A program made the position numbers and the translations under genes. From assembly GCA_002633005.1 (NCBI GenBank), contig NMRA01000379.1, positions 124,001-188,000 on the forward strand: a stretch of DNA of 64,000 bases, given 5' to 3'. The stretch is from Phoronis australis. Its lineage: Eukaryota > Animalia > Phoronida. The notes under the pieces are model-generated. The model worked only from the letters and a program-made list of their open reading frames with translations, made no database searches and had not been told where the DNA came from. Below, piece by piece: positions 60,653-64,000 of this stretch. Numbering within the stretch: position 1 is the stretch's first letter; each line of letters starts with the position of its first letter.

Positions 60653-63624
60653 AGTAGGTAAATATCAGAAGATGAAAGTAATGCTATGTAATCCAGGACC
60701 ATCCTATTTCGCCAGATCGCATTTGGCGAATTAACATGCTAACCATCGAGCCCTGCATAGTCTTGTCAGATCTGAAAAGTGTTACGGGCTGGGGCTTGTG
60801 GAGGTGCTCATTTGGGTACGGAGTTTGTTATGAGTATGTAGCATCACCATTTTCAAAACTTCCTTCAATTCATGTCAACACACGTTGCCTTGATGTGACA
60901 ATCTAACCAAACAGGAACCATGTATGACATCACTTGCCAGCTTCATCAGAGACCGGACAACATGAATCAAGGTATCACCTTGAGATAAACCTAATCAATT
61001 TGCAAATCAATTTGTGTACAGTGAACAAAATGCCATATATTAAAAATTCCTGGAATTTTAACATTTCCAAAGACTGATGGTAAACATCTATTCCCAGAAG
61101 TATTAGACCAGTGCTCGCTACACTAGGTAAACACAGTCTAACCCTACTGAGACAGGTGAAATGTATCAACCGATGTTTAATGACTCAACCACTGTCGAGG
61201 TCACCTGGTGACAGCAGGAAACACAGGTGATGTGCGTGCCAACAAGGCCTAATTTCAGAACAACAGCATTCAGTTACCAACAATTTACACTCTGATAGGA
61301 TAACAAGCACACAACATATACTTAACAATCCACTAGAAGTGTTTTTGCTCTTTTCCAAATCCATTTGAAGAGCACATCTACCCAAAATGACTCTTGACCG
61401 TTCACCAGCAATCCCCCCACACAGACTGAGTTTTTTTTACAAAAAAATGCGTAGACCAAGGTCTTTACATCTCAGTTTACAAAACAGCCCTGTGTAGTAA
61501 CCTTTTTTACTTAAAAGATTGTCCAGACCAACACTTTTACATCTAAATTGACGAAAACAGCCATGTAGCTTACCAAACAAATATTAGAGATTTTGGTTAA
61601 ACGATGAGTGCACTATGTTTTTGGAGATTTCGAGTCAACTTGATGTTATAAAGTTTGTCATATCATTTTAATTAGCTTTAATATTCTATAAAATGAGTCA
61701 TCAGTCCTACAGATACAAAACAAGAAAAATGCACATATGATGCGTGATTTATATTTTGACAACAGGTGTCACTGCTATTCCATTTTAAAATCTTAAAACG
61801 CATATTGAAAAGCATGAAACGGTCGCAAACTCAAAAAATTTAAATGGGCACATTCTAGTGGCACAATATTGTATTACAGTGTTTCCCCCCAGTTTTGTAA
61901 GGAGCGTGGTGGTGAATGGCCAAAACGGGGTGCAAAGCCCGTTGCCGCATGCGAAAATGAGAAGTGGGATCCCCGTATTGCCTGGGTTTCGAAAGGAGTG
62001 TGGTGGTGAATGCTCGACGCAGATGCGGAACCCGGCGCCACATGCAAGCATGGGATGAAGTGAGATCCTCCCAGGGGGGGAGACCTTCCCCAGGTAAAAC
62101 TTGAAAATTAGATGTAATTGGGTGCAGTTTGCTCATCATAGACAAGACCTTAACCTGAGCATCATGTAGTGGAAGTATCTGGGTAAAGGACACTTCGCAA
62201 CACAAATTGGCAATGAAGTGTACGGCATTATGTGATCTCTGTTGCACTCGAGCACAAAAAACAATGTCAAAATTCAATTATCCACGAAGTGACAAACACA
62301 GAACAAAAATATTTGAACTTTGTAGACGTAATAAACTAATTCATGTAACGAAACTTCCGCTGATATTGTCTTGCTAAACATAAATCAGTGATAGTGGAAG
62401 GGCGTTGGCCGTCATAGCAGACGATGTATAATGCAGACGAATCTGAGACTGGTTAACATTCAATATTGTCATTTTGGCGCAGGGCTATGGTTGATTAAAC
62501 AGTTGGATGTCATGCCCTGCAGTATAATTCACAATGTCTTTTGTAAACTCGGCAATGTTCTCCAAAACAAAAATTCCAAACTCGACGCAAATTTTTATGT
62601 CCGTAGTAAACACTGTTCTTTCCCTAACAACAACATGGTCACTGTGTATTTTTATACCTTTCAAAATTGTACACTGAACTGGTATGACCTACTTTTTGAC
62701 TTTCCTACCAATTTTTCACCATAAGTCCTCCAATGCATTCATAGACTCAGAAAATCAAACAAAAGGTTATATATAAGTTCCTTTAATAATAAAAATGTCA
62801 ATTCTGATATCATTTCTACTTATTAAATACTACTAACATGTGATCTGGTATGACCTAGTTTTTAGTGATACCTGTTGTCCAGTTGAATAAGTTCTAATTC
62901 GCCACCAGATGTCAGTCAAAATCAAAATCCTCTAAATTAAGCATATCAAATTGTTAATTTACAGGTTTAAGTGCAAAATTTTAAAGTTTAAATAATATTG
63001 CTGGCTAGTCAATTATTAAGGTAAGGTAGCTGACACCATAAAATTATGTTAGAAAAAGAATTTCTTCAGATTTTTTAGCAATAATTTACACTCTATTATT
63101 ACAAAAATTGGGTCATTATGTATTGTTAATTGCCTCATAGCATTAGGAACTATGGTTGATGTTGACAAATTCACCCTCATTTTTGATTCTGAGGGCAAAA
63201 GTGCCAAGCCAGCCAAAGTTTTAACTTGGCGTGGCACTTTTCAAACTTGAGGTGCATTGTCCAAACTCGACGCAGCAAAATTTAAACTTGTTGCATTGTC
63301 GAGTCAAAACCGGTTGTGGTGAACACTGCTCGGATATGATGAAATGAATTTAGCAGAAATCTTAGTGTTTCTTACTTCATTAGCGAGCCCTGGCGCTTTC
63401 CCATTTTAGAAACTTCGTACCGAGGTCGTTGCCTGGTCCCCAGCTGTATTAAGTTCGTATGCATTGTCGGATATTCAGGCAGAAACGAGGTACGAAAGGA
63501 GATTGGGTATTGAATGATTGTGTTTAATGGGGGCACAATTCAAGATACCATTGTAAAATTATTATTTTCCCTTTCGATCTACAAACGGCAAAAGGTGCCG
63601 TGTGACTTGTACTTATTTATTATT

Positions 63625-63860
63625 AGTAGCGATCATTTTTACTTGCAATTCATTTTACTAGCGATCATTTCATTAGTGATCATTTTTACTTTCGATCATT
63701 TTTACGAGACGACCAATTTTACTACCAATTTTTGTGTAGCGGTGAAGTTTCCCAGTCATGATTAGGTGTGTGGCAGTCAATTTGAGTATGATTTACGAGT
63801 GGCGGGGCCAAAAAGGAGCGTGGCGGGCCGCCCAGAAGTTTACACGCAGGGGAACCCTGG
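63625..63860 (+). repeat. dispersed repeat shared with 15050-15210; separately, 63190-63329 is an inverted copy of 39344-39437
   Basis: TTTTACTAGCGATCATTTT...GGTGAAGTTT...ATTAGGTGTGTGGC...TTACACGCA.GGGAA.CCCTG at both sites. Confidence 0.75.
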
Positions 63861-64000
63861 TATTAAAATAATGACATTTACTTCGCTTTTGATGTTTTTA
63901 AAAAAGATGAAAATCATGAAATTACAGCTCTGAAAGACCAGTTTGGAGTTGCACTAAGGCATGAACCCTACATATTCATATAGTAATGAGGAATGGAACT

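Noticed and set aside
61785-62277. 140-aa and 88-aa ORFs upstream of p190
   Set aside because: No recognisable domain; they overlap a CAGTGTTTCCCC-ended repeat-like segment.

Overview
Eukaryotic, AT-rich animal genomic DNA, probably an invertebrate; the repeat landscape suggests a spiralian, but that is inference. Most of the window (11-57017) is one intron-rich minus-strand gene, a p190 RhoGAP (ARHGAP35/ARHGAP5 family). I traced it by hand through 24 phase-consistent GT-AG coding exons (about 1553 codons): N-terminal GTPase, FF domains, pG1 and pG2 pseudoGTPases, a long Tyr-rich linker and the start of the RhoGAP domain, which runs off the left edge. The introns hold Kolobok-type TTAA elements (one with THAP and P2X7-ballast/KolX remnants), a Penelope-like GIY-YIG fragment between long inverted repeats, a HERO-like RLE retrotransposon split by an assembly gap, L2/CR1 and RTE fragments, a HIRAN-bearing relic, Helentron-like repeats and many minisatellites. 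The most unusual pattern is that several unrelated tandem arrays are exact amplifications of an exon-end/5' splice-site junction. No prokaryotic systems, CRISPR arrays, rRNA or intact tRNA genes were seen. All calls come from manual reading; no searches were run.
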